DNA of 64,000 nt from Lingula anatina (GCA_051362555.1 CM120642.1:18538001-18602000), one strand, 5' to 3'; shown: positions 40,421 through 54,049, counted from the stretch's first letter. Program-made: numbers and translations. Notes: a model not told the origin generated them from the letters alone.

Positions 40421-40825
40421 TTCTTCTTCTTCACTTTATCTTGATCTTTGGCTTTCTGATTTTTTTAAATTCCCAATTATTTTAAAACCTGGAAATAAAG
40501 ATTAAAAAATGTGTTGTTTTAGCTTACAGTGGTGTTACAACCATTTTGATATTGTGGCTGGACTCTGTTTCTAACTCTGTTGCTTCACTATATATATAAT
40601 ATGATAAGTTTAATTTATAAAACAAATAAAAAGAATGCAAAGTTGTAGCGAGTTGCAACATTTATTGGCAGATCATTAGTGCTGTTGTAGTGTATTCCCT
40701 TTAAGATATTTAAATTCACGTGTAGAATGCTGAATAGTGGCTAAGACAAGGAGATGACAGAAACATTATTTTTCAAAGGACTAGAAATCGTTTTCTATAA
40801 CCGCTCTAGAGTTTACTGCAACACT

Positions 40826-41038
40826 AAAACCCACTTTACACTTGGACGGCGTCCTTTGTGCGACCATTAAACTGGCATCGCTGTCGTCGTAGAAAGGATG
40901 CACAAGCATTGCTTTGTTTGTAGAATGAATGCTCAATGATCGCCAGTTGTCGGAACGTAAAGCATTATTGTTTTACTCCCAAACGGGGCTGTACTACGGG
41001 ACGCAGAAAGGGCGCCGTCCAGTGTAAAGGTGGCTTAA
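40826..41038. mobile_element. MITE in the Tim8 5'-UTR intron
   Basis: Imperfect TIRs CCACTTTACACTTGGACGGCGTCCTTTGTGCG ... CGCAGAAAGGGCGCCGTCCAGTGTAAAGGTGG. Confidence 0.6.
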
Positions 41039-41213
41039 GTAGCACAGATATGTAATAACTGCGAAAAGTTGCGTGTCCGACTCAAGGTCTCACTGTAACT
41101 TGTAAGGTCCAATTAGGATCAAACAGTACATTTAAACTTGGTGCCTGGTACGAATTTCGTTGTATGCTATTACTGGAACACATCACCGGTTCAAACAATG
41201 CAAACTCACATAC

Positions 41214-41400
41214 CTTTTTGCCCTAATACAACTACAAACACCGTCTCGCCTTTCTGAGGCCTGCACATGCATCTAAAACGGAAGCGGATATTGAACCCAT
41301 GCGCTAAAAGAAATGCGCAGAAAGTTTCAAAGGCCTTCCCGAAATGCCTTGCGCACAATAAGGATCACCAGGGCACCAGGGAGGGAAATCGCGGTTTGAT
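41214..41400. promoter_or_regulatory. Putative bidirectional promoter shared by the Tim8-like and CNBD-like genes
   Basis: A minus-strand donor (AAG|gtatgt) at about 41213 and a plus-strand ATG at 41401 lie less than 200 bp apart, in locally GC/CpG-richer DNA. Confidence 0.5.
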
Positions 41401-44400
41401 ATGGCTGACAACGTTAGCCTTCCCCCTATCGAGGGAGCGAACCCAAGACCCAAGTCTAACAAAAGTAAGAGTCCTAAGAAAGTATGCATTTCAAAAGAAA
41501 CAAGAAAACCAAGCCAAGAAAGCATATTTCCGCTATTCAAAAACCAAGAATTCAAGGAAAATCAAGCTATGACGGTGTTGAAGAGGTAATTTTATTTTTT
41601 CATTTTTGAGACACGAACCCTTTTTTTTTTAATGTTCGATCAGTAGTAATTATAGCACAGTTTTTATTGTTTGCATGTATGTTTTTTTTCCATTAAATGG
41701 TCATGTTTGCTCTTGTAAGATATTTTCCAGGTGCGAAAAATCAAATCTGTCGGGAAAATTTAGCTAAAATGGAATGAAACATATAATAAAATTGCTATTT
41801 TTTCACAAAAAAATCGGACTCTTGTTATATAGCTTCGAAAAATAATTGCCCGGTGGCTGTCAAGTTTCAAAATTGTAACAAGTATGTCAGAAAAAAATAG
41901 TATGTTAAGTCAAGAACATCAAAATCATTATTATTTTAATACAGGCCAAAAGAAGTTCGCCTGACATGCAGAGACGACGAAAAACGCCCACGGTTTAAAA
42001 AACTAATTCGCATGGTAAAGACAAACATCGCTTGGTCTCATGAACTACAGCAAAAAATAGAAGAGGAGGAGCACGCCAACGCTTTTGTTGTCAACAATGT
42101 ATGGTTTTTATCAGATGATAAAAAACGAATATATAGATTAAGAATGAAATATAATAATAATGTTTATTTGCAACTGAAAATAGTCAAACTGAATATAATA
42201 TAATATAAATCAGTACAACTGTTAAATTCATAAAAAGTTAGGTGACAATTAATTATAGCATTTAAATGAAATTTGGTATACACTACTGCATTTAAAACCG
42301 CCCTTGAACCAATGTTTGATCATTGTCCAAAAGGAAATCGATTATCAAGATATCTGTTGATGTCTGTTGCTTTTAAAATTGTATTAAAACTCATATTGTT
42401 TACACTCTTTTCACATACTAGGAGAACGGCCTGCTGTCCTTTAACGCTTCGCACTTCAAGGCGCGCTCCGGTAACATTACGAAGCGTGCGCGGGAGATTC
42501 TGCGTAAAAACAGCCGGGAAAGGACGGAGGAAGAAGTCACGACTATCGAGGTGCTGGAAAATAGCAGTGTAGATTGTCTTAAAGATACTAAATATGTGCG
42601 TCCTCTTGTCTAACTAGAATAACATAGGCTTAGGAGGGGCTAAATGAAGGATATCTGCCTTACTAACCTGAAGGGTAAAGGAAGTGTTTTTAATGATAAA
42701 AATATTGATTCTTCTTATACATACTTTTTGGTGATTTCTGCTGGGTAAAATGGTAAATTAACTTCTTTGCTTTGCTCTGATATATTTTAAGTTGATCCAG
42801 GGGGGTCCATGAATTTGCGTCGGGGTACAACGATAAAAACATCTGTTTCCAAATGCAAATATGAAAATGTCGACACTTTTACAGTAATGTGCAGATATTT
42901 AGAATTCGTTTGTCGTGCTTTGCTTGTCGTACTGGCTGAGAAAAGCTCCAAAGCTTAGGAGGGGGGGGGGGGTGCTTCATATACAGACTTGACATTTAAT
43001 ATGGAATATTTTTTTCCCAATCATTTTTCATCAGTTTTTTCCTATTTTGCTGACTGATAAATGAAAATAAGGATTAAAATCGCGTTTAAATAACTTTTAA
43101 TTATCTCTTTGATGTCATTGTGACATCAGTTCATTAATCGGATTCGCCAGAGAAGCAAACAAAAACACATTGCCTATTCTATGTCATACGATAATAATTA
43201 AAAGATATATTTTGGATCTCCATATTTTCCAAATTATTTTCTGTAAAAGAGTTACACGCCTCACAAAGAACCCCCATGTCAGTGTCTAGTCACAGTAACG
43301 GTCGCTGTTACGCTTGACCTCTTCTGTCTGCTACCAGCGCTCTCAAGTGGCAAGGCATTACTTGGGTTAGGTTTTTAGAGTTCAATCTGGAATAACATTC
43401 CAGGCATCGGTCAAAATCTGTCCAATTTGGTCCAGTTTTGTTGTAGAACATGTAGACCATTGATTCGGCGAGTAATGGCCTACCCACATGTTATCTATGT
43501 GGTTCAAATATGGCGATTTTGATTACCAAGATAGCTGCTCATTCCTTTGGTTCTGTAAGTAATCTGCTATTAAAAGTGCTCTGTGGGTACCGGCAATTTT
43601 ACCGTGCAACCTAAAATTGTTCCTAAGGTGCCCCCTATCAAATGATAGTCAAGTGGTTCCCAGATTATTCCTTTATTTGATCTGGTTCAGGTTTTCGTGG
43701 ATGACCATCATTGGTGTTTTGGCACCAATGTGGTATCCACTCCAATTACTGACGCTGTTAATGGCCTTAGTCACTTTAGACGCGGCACACGCTTAGTCGA
43801 TGGTCTCTTCTGTATGTCTGTAAACTTTGTTTTGACTAGTTGAGCGGTACAGGTGAAATCTGACCTCAATAAAGAAAGTCACGAGGTTTCAGTGTTCAAC
43901 TCAGAAACGGTCAAGGTCCCCAGTTCATTAAAGAAACATACAACAATGTTTTGCTGTTTACAGTGGGTTCCCCTGAGGCCGTCTGGTATTCTAACCAGCT
44001 AAAACCAGTTTGGTGTTCGCTAAGGGCCTTGAAAAATGCGTTTTGGTGGCAATTTAGCCCTCATTCTGAACGGACTGGGTGGTTTTTGTTTAGTTGCAAC
44101 AGCATATCCCGACAGACAGTAAGTCCTGTGCCCTGGTGGTAAGATTTCAATACATTGGATGTGGCCTCTGTGTAGGTACATCAGTCTGGGCATTACTCTA
44201 TAAAACTGTGCGGACCGTTTCGTTTGGCGCAATTATCTGTCTGGCAATCTCTGACTTTTTCGCGCCATTCTGCCACAGATTGACAAATTTGCAGTGCACT
44301 GCATAGCTAATTTTACACACTGCAAAACAGACCACTTGCATGCAAAATTTCAAATTCTTCTATGCAGTAGTTGCCGACATATGGATACTTTTTTTACATA

Positions 44401-45036
44401 ACCATGCTTTGCCAAAGCCAAGCTTTGACCTGCCCAAAGGAGCACTACCCAATTAAATCACTGCATATTACATAATGCAGCAGCGCAACAAACCTGGTAT
44501 TCAGTTAATTGGAAGCGATACACCTGACTACACACTTCTCCATTCACATATCTTATATGAGATCGGAGTTTTTTGAAAAAAGAATGCATTTTTACCTAGG
44601 CATACCTTCGAAACTGAAATATTCCATATTAAATGTCAAGTCTGTATGTGGCCCATCGCCCCCCTTTCTCCCTCCCCCCCCCCCCCCCCCCCCCCAGCTA
44701 ATACAACACAGTTGACAAAATTCTTCACCCTGTCGCCTTTTAACCTCTAGGATATCGTTGCCAGCCTCCAGTGCTTTGAGAAGTACGGTAAGGCGGTGAG
44801 ACACGAGCTTGCCCGGACATTATCCTTGGACAGCTACGAAGATGGGCGAGTGGTCATCAAGCAAGGCCATATCGGCTTCAATTTCTACTTCATTGTGAAA
44901 GGTTCCGTGGTCGTGAAGAGGACTGACGAGGACAAGATCACTGGTATGACGAGGGCTTATTGATAGACGGCTAAACTGGATTTAAAAATGCGTTTGGGAA
45001 TCGTGTCTTGGGATAATAATAATAATAATAATAATA

Positions 45037-45072
<36 letters not shown>

Positions 45073-45157
45073 GGTCCACTTGGACGGATGGATATTTCAG
45101 GTTAACTCAGAAATAGAAGTTTTGGTTGTGATCTGTGAAAGGAAGTCTGCGAAAATC

Positions 45158-45199
<42 letters not shown>

Positions 45200-45822
45200 T
45201 TACAACTAAAAGTTGGATGGTATATTTTTAATTATAGTAAAATGGTAATTCTAAATAAAGATTATACAGATACAGAATAAAAACATTTTCTGCAATACAT
45301 TTTAAAAGAAATTCAAAAGACATTTTCATTTTCCAGCCTCTTCTCCAGCCTCCAATGCCTGTCTTGCACGGGTCTCCTTGGCTTTAATCAACGGCGTGTT
45401 GTGATATTATACAATTGTATTTATATATTATATATTTTCAGGTCATAAACATACACAGGTGCTGGCAGAGCTGGGGGAGGGGGCCTCATTCGGAGAATTA
45501 GCCTTACTACATAATATAAGACGGACGGCAACCATAATATGCAAAGGTAAACAGTTATTTACTGCCCGTAAAAATCAGACAAAGAGATTATTACAAATAT
45601 GACAATAATGAGTTTTAATAATTGGTGGCAAAGTTATATTTTGTACATATATTCTTCATAATACATGCTACCAAGAATCCGTTGACAACGTAGTGATCCA
45701 GTCACCATATCTCGAAATTTGAAGAGTCGCTTATCACATTACTGGTATCTCCACTTCTATTTCATGTGTCACTTATTCTACTACTATTATTACTACTGCT
45801 ATTATTACTACTGCTACTTCTT

Positions 45823-45860
<38 letters not shown>

Positions 45861-46254
45861 GGGAGAAAATCTATTAGAAGTGGTGTACTTAAAAGTAGGT
45901 GCAATCTTATCGAATTTAAGTCTAAAAAATGAAAAGAGAAGAACCTGTTATAACTGTCCAATTATCTTAGGGTAAATCCAATAATTCCAATAATTCCAGG
46001 AAACTGCGATTTTTTACGCATGGACAAACACGACTTTGAGAATGTACTGAGTAAAGTGTACAAGATTGAGTGGGATCAGCGTCTGGCAGCTCTCCTGAAG
46101 CAGCCTCATATCAGCCACTGGACCAAGGAGGAGATAGAGGAGGCTACAGGGCCTAGTAGAATGGTGGAGTTTCCTAGGGAAAAGGTAGTCTCCCCCCCCC
46201 CCAAAAAAAAAAAAAAAAAAGAAAAGGAGGAAAGAAAAAAGAAAGAGAGAAAAA

Positions 46255-46285
<31 letters not shown>

Positions 46286-47772
46286 AAAAGAATTAATTTA
46301 AAAAAGGACGCCATTGGATTTGGCATTACGACTCTGTGCCTTAAAATAAAAAGAAGGAATCGTACTTCATTTTGTCTTTTATCAAGACATCTTAATATCA
46401 AAAAACTCATTCCAACCTTGGACGAATAAGACGATTTATTTATTTTTAATTTTTATTTATTAATTTATTATTTTTTAACTCGCGGATCATTAAACAGATG
46501 ACTTTTTTTGCTTTCGGTTTGATATGAATGAAAAATAATATTCACCATCACGTCAGGTCATACTGGGCAACACCAGTGTCGCTGATGAAGAATACGTCTA
46601 TTTCATCCACACCGGCCAAGTCCAAGTCGTACGCCGTGTGGACCTCTTACGGGAGTTCTACCCCTGGGGAAGCAGACTGGTTCTCCCCTCAGCTAGCCGG
46701 CATGATGCACACACCAGAAGTCAGGACCGGCGGCGGACAAAGATTCTGGGCTATGCCCAAGAGCGACATCACTGGGTGCTCTTCACGCTGACAGCTGGGA
46801 ACTATTTTGGTGTCGGTAGGTAATGCACAGCATTGTGTTGAGCGTGAATGTGTTAGGTGTGACAGTGTCATTGTGTTAGGTGTGACAACGTCCTTGTATA
46901 ATTTGTGACAGTGTTATTATATTAGGTGTTGTTGTGTTGCGTGTAAGTGTTATTGCATTACAGGGCATTATTGTGTTATGTATATTGTGTTGGGTGTTAT
47001 TGTGTTATGTGTGGCCGTTTTATTGTGTTAGGTGTGACAACATTATTGTTAGGAGTGACAGTGTTATTACGTCAGATGGGTTAGTGTGGAAATGACAACA
47101 GTATCTAGAAGGTGTGACTGTATGTTAGCTGTGTATTGCATGCGGAAGTGGAAGTTTTGGTAACATATGGGGCGTATTCCCTGCTTTTCTTCTTTGGACA
47201 ATGGTCATACAGCAAGAGCAAAAAAAAAAAAAAAGATTGATTTTCTAAAATGTGTTCCAGAAATTTGAAATGGGCTAGCACACACGGCACGTTGCGTTTC
47301 CTTTTATCCTATTTTGCATTTTTGTAAGGCAGGAAGTTTATAATCAAGACTTAAAATCAAGCCTGTTATTGCAAACTGGATTGTCTGTAACATTATGCCT
47401 CTTACCTTTTAAAAATCTTTATTTATCTTTTTTTCAGGTGAAAATTTAACAGACACCTATTACATCGCATATTCAAATGTCCAGTGCATCATGATCCCAA
47501 AAGTTGCAATCCACAAACACGGACATCTAAACGACCTAGAGCTTTGGAGGCGTAACTTAGAAATGGTCATACCGGATAACAAAAAGGCATTGAGGCTGTA
47601 CACGGAGGAGACTAACTGGTCGCAGTATAAGAATGCCGTAGTCAGCGAGATACTCAGTAAGAGGACAATGCTTCAACAGCACTGGCCCACTTCCGCAACT
47701 GATATACCCGGAGCGCTGTATAGCGGCATGTACAAGTACAAGCAACTTCAAAAGAAGAGAAAAAAGACTTAA
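41401..47772 (+). CDS. Cyclic nucleotide-binding domain-containing protein (CNBD2/CNBD1-like)
   Basis: Exons 41401-41585, 41945-42098, 42422-42550, 44751-44943, 45442-45546, 46000-46184, 46557-46815 and 47438-47772 splice in frame. CNB motifs: RVVIKQGHIGFNFYFIVKGSV and GASFGELALLHNIRRTATI; a second degenerate CNB has YVYFIHTGQV...GNYFGVGE. Confidence 0.85.
42984..44644 (+). mobile_element. Non-autonomous TA-flanked DNA transposon (Tc1/mariner-type ends), copy 1
   Basis: ta|CAGACTTGACATTTAATATGGAATATTT ... AAATATTCCATATTAAATGTCAAGTCTG|ta. A second copy is at 57086-58312. Confidence 0.8.
45013..45071. repeat. (AAT)n(ATT)n self-complementary microsatellite
   Basis: Direct reading. A further (AAT)n tract lies at 45158-45198. 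Confidence 0.85.
45774..45860. repeat. (CTA/TTA)n trinucleotide microsatellite
   Basis: Direct reading. It explains the poly-L and poly-V ORFs in the track. Confidence 0.9.
46845..47090. repeat. Degenerate intronic tandem repeat (TGTGTTAGGTGTGACAGTGTCAT-like)
   Basis: Recurrent TTGTGTTAGGTGTGACA and GTGTTATT units. Confidence 0.6.
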
Positions 47773-48181
47773 TATCACGATCTATTTTCACAATAGCATA
47801 CATTAACAAAAAAATGCATCTTTGGGGCTCTTACTAAGCCAACAGCTTTGATGTGATACATATTAGACAAGGATATATTATTTACAAATTAAAGAATTTC
47901 TGTTTACCAAAAAATTGACTTATTCTTACTTTTCTTACATTTTCTTAAGTCGTTATTATATTTTGCTTACTCTTAATAAAAACCCCTTTGCCCACGTATT
48001 TGGGAGACTGCCAATATCAGTCGCCCCATGTCTTAATGTTTTAAAAACATTCATGTCATTTTAACCAAACAAAAGCCTTTTAGCTCTACATTATGCAATG
48101 AATGTGTTGGAAATCCATTTTTACTTGCTTTGATCAAATAATCCAAAAATGAATTGAAGATAACACCTATGTTGTTATACA

Positions 48182-48336
48182 CCAGGGCCCCGTAACTCGA
48201 AAGCATCGCGTATTGCGAATAGCGATATCACATAGAGGCTACAATGTTTTATATGGGACGAGTATGGGCGAGTTACGGAATCGAGACGCTTGCTCTCAGT
48301 CGCAATGCGCGATGCTTTCGAGTTACGGGGTCCTGG
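48182..48336. mobile_element. Harbinger-like MITE between convergent gene 3' ends
   Basis: TIRs CCAGGGCCCCGTAACTCGAAAGCATCGCG ... CGCGATGCTTTCGAGTTACGGGGTCCTGG. Confidence 0.7.
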
Positions 48337-48448
48337 TCTATTCCATGAATAAATATCACGGAAGTTACTCTTCACGCAGAACTTGAACTCTTTATTCCGA
48401 TGTACGAGTATGTATCAAAAGTCTCTGCTCCATCGACGTGGATTGAAG

Positions 48449-48536
48449 TTAATTGTTACAACTTTGCAGCAAATCTGAAATGATGTAAAAATAAATTTCA
48501 TATTATTTCTGTAAGCAACAAGCATTATTTTAAAAC

Positions 48537-48585
<49 letters not shown>

Positions 48586-48604
48586 AGAGAGAGAAAGAGA
48601 GAGG

Positions 48605-48635
<31 letters not shown>

Positions 48636-51600
48636 GGGGGGTTAAGTTTCTCAAAGCACCAATTAGTAAGTTTTGACGGCACTTGCGCCATCTTACACTT
48701 TGCCACTTATTTTCACAAACAGAGCGCGGATCGAGCACAATATCAACTGGACAGAAAAACAATGTGATGTTTTTTACATTTTTACACCCAGCTTGTAAAC
48801 AACCGACTATCTTACGTACCAATATTTTCAATGCTGAAACTGGCATCTCTCGCGAATAACGGAGAGCCGTCGTTCGTATTCAAAAGCAGCCTGAAGCCAA
48901 GATGGCGGATAAACTGGCCAGGAAAGTTCACCGACTCGTAAGCTGTAAACCCTGGGATAAACTGGTTGGGTCGAGGGTAAAAAGTGGCGTCCTCGTTGTA
49001 AATCTCGGGATTCGCTGGGTTCTGTGAGCTCTCAAGTCTCAGCGCAAAATTAAAGTGACGGAGATAGGAGCACGGGTACTCCACGGAGTTGAAGGACACT
49101 GTTCCTGGTTGTCCGGTTAAGCCTGGGACAACGTAGAAAATATTGCCGCTGAATCCCTGATTGATGAAGGCGTCGCCGTTTTGGTCAAGTCCCCAAGTAC
49201 GGTCGGGGAAGTTTTCGGACCGAATACGCACGACTGAAATGAAATAAAGCCCTTACATCTGATCATTATATGATTTTGAGTTCATTTCTCAGCTCGAAAA
49301 ACATTTGATTAATTTATACAGTATATTTAGACATATGCTGAAATAAAGTGAATGTATTTGTCATCTAATTATGTTTTAATTCAGAAGCTTTACGTACCAT
49401 AATATCTGTTTTATGAAGAGAGGAGAGATATCAACATGAACATGTGTTTCGAGACCAAGTCATGCTTAAAAGAATACAGATGTACATGTATCTAGTACTG
49501 TTATTTCTTTTTACACACACGCAATTCATTGAGGCTATGTAATTATTAATCTGTGTGTACTAAGTATGCAACTTAAAATGAAAATAATAATGGCCTGAAA
49601 GAGACACCGTGCCTCTTCTGTATCTATATTCACTGATTGTACATTGGATGCCAAGATGACGTCACTAAAAGGTTCCTCTTTTTCTCGCTCGATTAGATGG
49701 TGTACATTTCAAAGGATGCGGTTTAAAAGGCAAAGTGGGCAAACAGTTGGCGCGGAGTCCTCTATGACTATGGGACCATTCCCACAGATATTTGGATCGT
49801 TCTATTTCCCTGGGGGTTCACGCTAAATTGCCATCAAACTAACCGGCTTAAACGTCTGTCACGCCTAGTAAAACTGTTAGGGGGTAATTATCTTTACCCC
49901 TATCTGATTTGGTAGGCGTGGCAGACATTTAAGCCTCTTGAGCTGATAGCAATTTAGCATGAACCCCCAGGGAGTTAGGTCGATCCAGACGGATCGATCT
50001 AAGTATTGGAACCCAGTCTATATGATATTGATCTTTATCCCATTGTCAACACTCTCCATTTAATGCCTGGCTACTATCAACTATTAACTTAACTGAGCCA
50101 TTAAAATGTATCAAGCCCTTTTTCGATTTCGATATTTGTTCTGAATACATCTTCACGAGAATCATGAAGTGAATATTTGAAGCGTGGAATATTGATATTT
50201 TGAAAATTAATATCTTCTGATATCTATCACACTAATCGCTTTATTTAACAAATGAAGTAACAATTCCTTTGGAGATAAAAAAAAATAAATAACAAAATGT
50301 TTCGTTTTCTTACTATATCACAGAAAACTACTTAAAACTTACGGGTAGTTTTGACTTCCTGGCATTGGCCTATCACACCAGAGGAGACCCCATTACAAGA
50401 AAAGAGGGGTATACTAGACGTCCTGTATAAATCACTAAAGCCGCATAGCAGAGTTGCAACCGGCTGAAATGTGGAAATATGGAATCAGAAACGAATTTGT
50501 GTTATGCGCTCAGAATAAAATAACGGGTTTTCTTCAATCAGCAGGTAGGATTGAAATTGTTGCTTTTAATATTCCATGAATAGAGATCATTTCCTGGAGA
50601 GCTTCATTCCCCGATAAAGATGTTTTAGATGGAAAATCGAAAAGCATAAACAACAATTACATTACTAGCTGCTGATTGCGTAAACACTAACTTTTGTGTG
50701 AGCATGGCTAGTTAATGTATATCTTATGATATCATTCTAAGAGCTTCTAAGAATATTTACCTTTTAATTTCTTATACTTTAATTTACTTGAAGTCACAAC
50801 CCTCGTTTGCATTAGACATACAGTTCAAATTTTTAAAACAAGAAATCCACTCTAGAGAGAGCAAAGAGACACATCCTAAAAGAATTCATATAATCAGACT
50901 AAAACACACAGATACGTGACTCAATCTCATAGCGTGAAGTTACCAAAAGAATGTCCACGAGGTCTTGGGCGATGGGAGACATAAGGCCGCTGCCATCGAA
51001 GTTGACTTGGCTGAACGATGATATACCCAAACAGTCCATGGTCCTCGACTTACAATCCAGATCAGTCCGGCAGGGTGAGCCTGTTACTGAAAATATAAAT
51101 TAAGCAAAATATGTCATGAATGCACCCAAAGCATAAGCTGATAAACTAGCTTGTAAGAGTTTTGTGTATTTAGTGTTAAAGAGATAAAGGGTTTTTAGCG
51201 TACATATTTCGGAACTGAAAGACAGTAGATTGTGATCGGTTGCTGCACCTTAATAGTCCGTGTGCGAGCTTAACGAGAAACCAATTCGTCCTTTTTTTTC
51301 CAATTTATCACAGAAAAAACATTCAAACGTTGGTATAAAATTCATAAAATATAATCGAAATTCTATATATATATATATATTTGGAAGAATTTACATACTA
51401 ATGATACTTTGACTGGCAGAACAGTGCTGAGTTAAACTAATGGGGAATGTAGATTGAGTATGCATGTGTAGACGGTGCGAATGGTGCATTAGTATTCTTA
51501 GCTATATGCCATCATCTTAGACTGCATTCCCACAGATTTATAGATTGATTTATCCCCGAGGGGAGTCTCACTAGATTGCTGTCAGCTTAGCCGGCTTAAA

Positions 51601-52290
51601 TGTCTGCCCCTACTAAAAGCTGTAAGGGGGGTAATTAACTTTCGTGCGCGCTCGGCTGACAGCAATTTATCGTGAACCCCCACGGAGTTAGATGAATCGA
51701 TCTAAATCTGTGGGAACCCAGTCTTAGCTGTACTGGTTCTGAAGTTATGAGACACAAGCTTACGCGCTTAGACTAACTTATTGTGGAAACGGAAGCATTC
51801 AATAAACATTACTAGAAACAAATTGAGCGAGGGGCAACGGACCCAAAATGAATAATGAAACCGGAGGGATGGAGGAAACGGCAATATTAACATTCAGCTG
51901 CAGCATGCATTTCTAGAAACAGTGTTTTGACGCGCGAAATGGGTGCTAAAACCGATTTCCTTTAAATAAAACATAAAGACCTTAACGAATGGATAACAAT
52001 TAGATAGAGAATCCTGTGGGTTTAAAAAGAGGCACATTAGCGAAATGTTACATCTAAATTAAAATACTTACTGCTTCTACAGTTAACTTGAATATTTGGA
52101 GCCGTGGTATAGTCAAAGCCCAAGTAATAGCGCGGCGGGCAGATGCACAGTTGAGCAGATGCAGCGAAGAGAAGAAAGAACGGATTGAAGGTACACACCC
52201 CTTCAAGATTGATCACACCGCCACTACAAGGGACAGGAAGCCCACCAATTGCCGGACTAATTGCGCTGCAAGGGTTTAAAAGGGTATCAC
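48449..52290 (-). CDS. Cys-rich (EGF/EB-like) + AbfB (CBM42) domain protein; 5' end unresolved
   Basis: In-frame exons 52290-52072, 51086-50944, 50463-50343 and 49233-48820 (AbfB: PGLTGQPGTVSFNSVEYPCSYLRHFNF...DATF...YESVNFPGQFIRHLGF...DGSPLFARDASF). The CDS ends either at the stop at 48812 or in a short last exon 48474-48449, with AATAAA on minus at about 48391. A candidate upstream exon is 55119-55043. Confidence 0.75.
48538..48634. repeat. Compound (CA)n(GA)n microsatellite
   Basis: Direct reading. Confidence 0.9.
49775..50020. mobile_element. Palindromic MITE, copy 1 (TTCCCACAGAT / GGAACCCAGTCT family)
   Basis: Internal inverted arms (CCCTGGGGGTTCACGCTAAATTGC ... GCAATTTAGCATGAACCCCCAGGG). 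A homolog is at 51519-51724. Confidence 0.65.
51519..51724. mobile_element. Palindromic MITE, copy 2
   Basis: AGACTGCATTCCCACAGATTTA ... TAAATCTGTGGGAACCCAGTCT. It shares its internal sequence with 49775-50020. Confidence 0.65.
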
Positions 52291-53967
52291 CTAGAATTGA
52301 AATATGAAAGACAACTAGTTAACTTTAATTATGTTAATGGTGAGGGGCGGCCTCAACAGTTGAGTGTCTGTTCATTTGGTTCAGAAATTCGCTTAAGTTT
52401 TTTTTTTTCACTCGACAAATTCCATTTGAGACGGTGCCTTATCCGTGATTGTCCCAATGCTTAGTCAAACCCGCAGAGGAAAGACATCTTTAAACGCAGC
52501 AGGTTGTTTATTACTGCTGCATGACAAGGTTCATATAGTTAGACTCTGGCCACAGGAGTAGATACTGTAGTAGTAGTCTCTTATAAAACTGTTGAATCTT
52601 TTCTTCTATCTTGCACACTACACAAGAGACCCCTGTGATATCAGAAAGTATAGTTAACGGTCGGTCATATATATTTTTATTTGTTACAGTTTGTATACAA
52701 GTGTTTCGATTGGTTTAGTGAGGATGCTATGCACATGGAGTCGTCTCGACTCGGCGGCTATAGCTGATTGTTGGATATCTTGGTTGGGCATACTTAATTA
52801 GTTAGATTCAAATTACTACTGATACACGTACTTCACCGCAGTTTATTTGTCAAGATCTTGTTTTCTTTTCAATAGGGCGTTATTACTACCGAGCAGACGG
52901 ATATACATCTCGATTAGCGACCATTATACTAGCTCATTCTACTAGGACACTTCCATTAGTGATATCAGCACAGATTATCTGAGAAACAACCGTTACGGTG
53001 TCTAGTTCAGGTATCAGGTATTCAAGGGGCCATTCACAATAGATGATCCGAGTACTAACTGATCCGCCGACTAAATATGGCACCCCAAGTCAAATCTGCC
53101 TGTATTTCTGGTACTTCTCATTCATTTTGCTGTTGCCACCAGATTAGTAAGTGTTCGTAGGATCAACTTTGACTTTACCGTAATTATAAATACGTGAAGT
53201 AGGTAACAGCAACTTATTGCTAATTAGCATATCTTTAGCTTGTAATTTCATTGTGGTTTCTAGTGCATACAGTGTACACAAGCACAAAAAGGGTCAATTC
53301 AAGTAGGTGAATTGAGGAACATTGCCCTTTAGTAGTTTTGTTTCGAGATCGTATATATTTAAAGTGAAATCGTTGGTGAAATTGAAGGAGAAGGCGCCTT
53401 TCCTTGTAATAGACCGTTTCCAAGATGAAAGATGACAGGGTCCACAAGGAATGCATACATACTTTATACAAGTTTGACGAGGCCTCTAGAATGTTCTATT
53501 CATATTAGCTCCTTGCAAAAATCCTTGCTGAACACTGTCAACAATTAGGCAGAGATACACCTGTGAATTATAAGATCAATCAAAACTCAATCAGAAATCA
53601 ATCTGTGGACCTTAGAGGGCACTGCAGACACATACAGATTTAAACAAACTTAAAGGTTGCGGACATTTGGTTTATTCATGATTTATCGCGTATCAGTGTC
53701 TCGGGCGTTTACTCTAATAATAGCTAGTTGTCCAGCTAGAGCACTTGTCTGACCACTTAACTAACTGGTGGACTTAGAGATACATCAGATAACAAGACCA
53801 GACTATGTGAACTGCAATTGCAGCTCATTATATAGGCTCTGATTTCGATCTTCTCGATTAAATTCAGGTTCGTTGGAAAGGAAATATACATAATTATTTG
53901 CCACCCGATTTCAATGTTTAGGCAGTGTCCTTCTGGTACACTGTGCAACAATATCGAGTATGAAAGG

Positions 53968-53970
<3 letters not shown>

Positions 53971-54046
<76 letters not shown>
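53971..54046. repeat. Poly-T + (GT)n microsatellite
   Basis: Direct reading. Confidence 0.9.

Positions 54047-54049
<3 letters not shown>

Noticed and set aside
41267-41572. 101-aa basic ORF overlapping the CNBD first exon
   Set aside because: The frame that splices into the CNB exons starts at 41401. This one is an alternate frame running across the promoter.
43900-44300. FSWLEY peptide suggesting a hAT TTF zinc finger
   Set aside because: The following CxxC is absent and the element ends (TA|CAG) are not hAT-like, so the match is too weak to call.
45766-45975. Poly-Leu signal-peptide-like ORF
   Set aside because: It is a (CTA)n microsatellite inside a CNBD intron.
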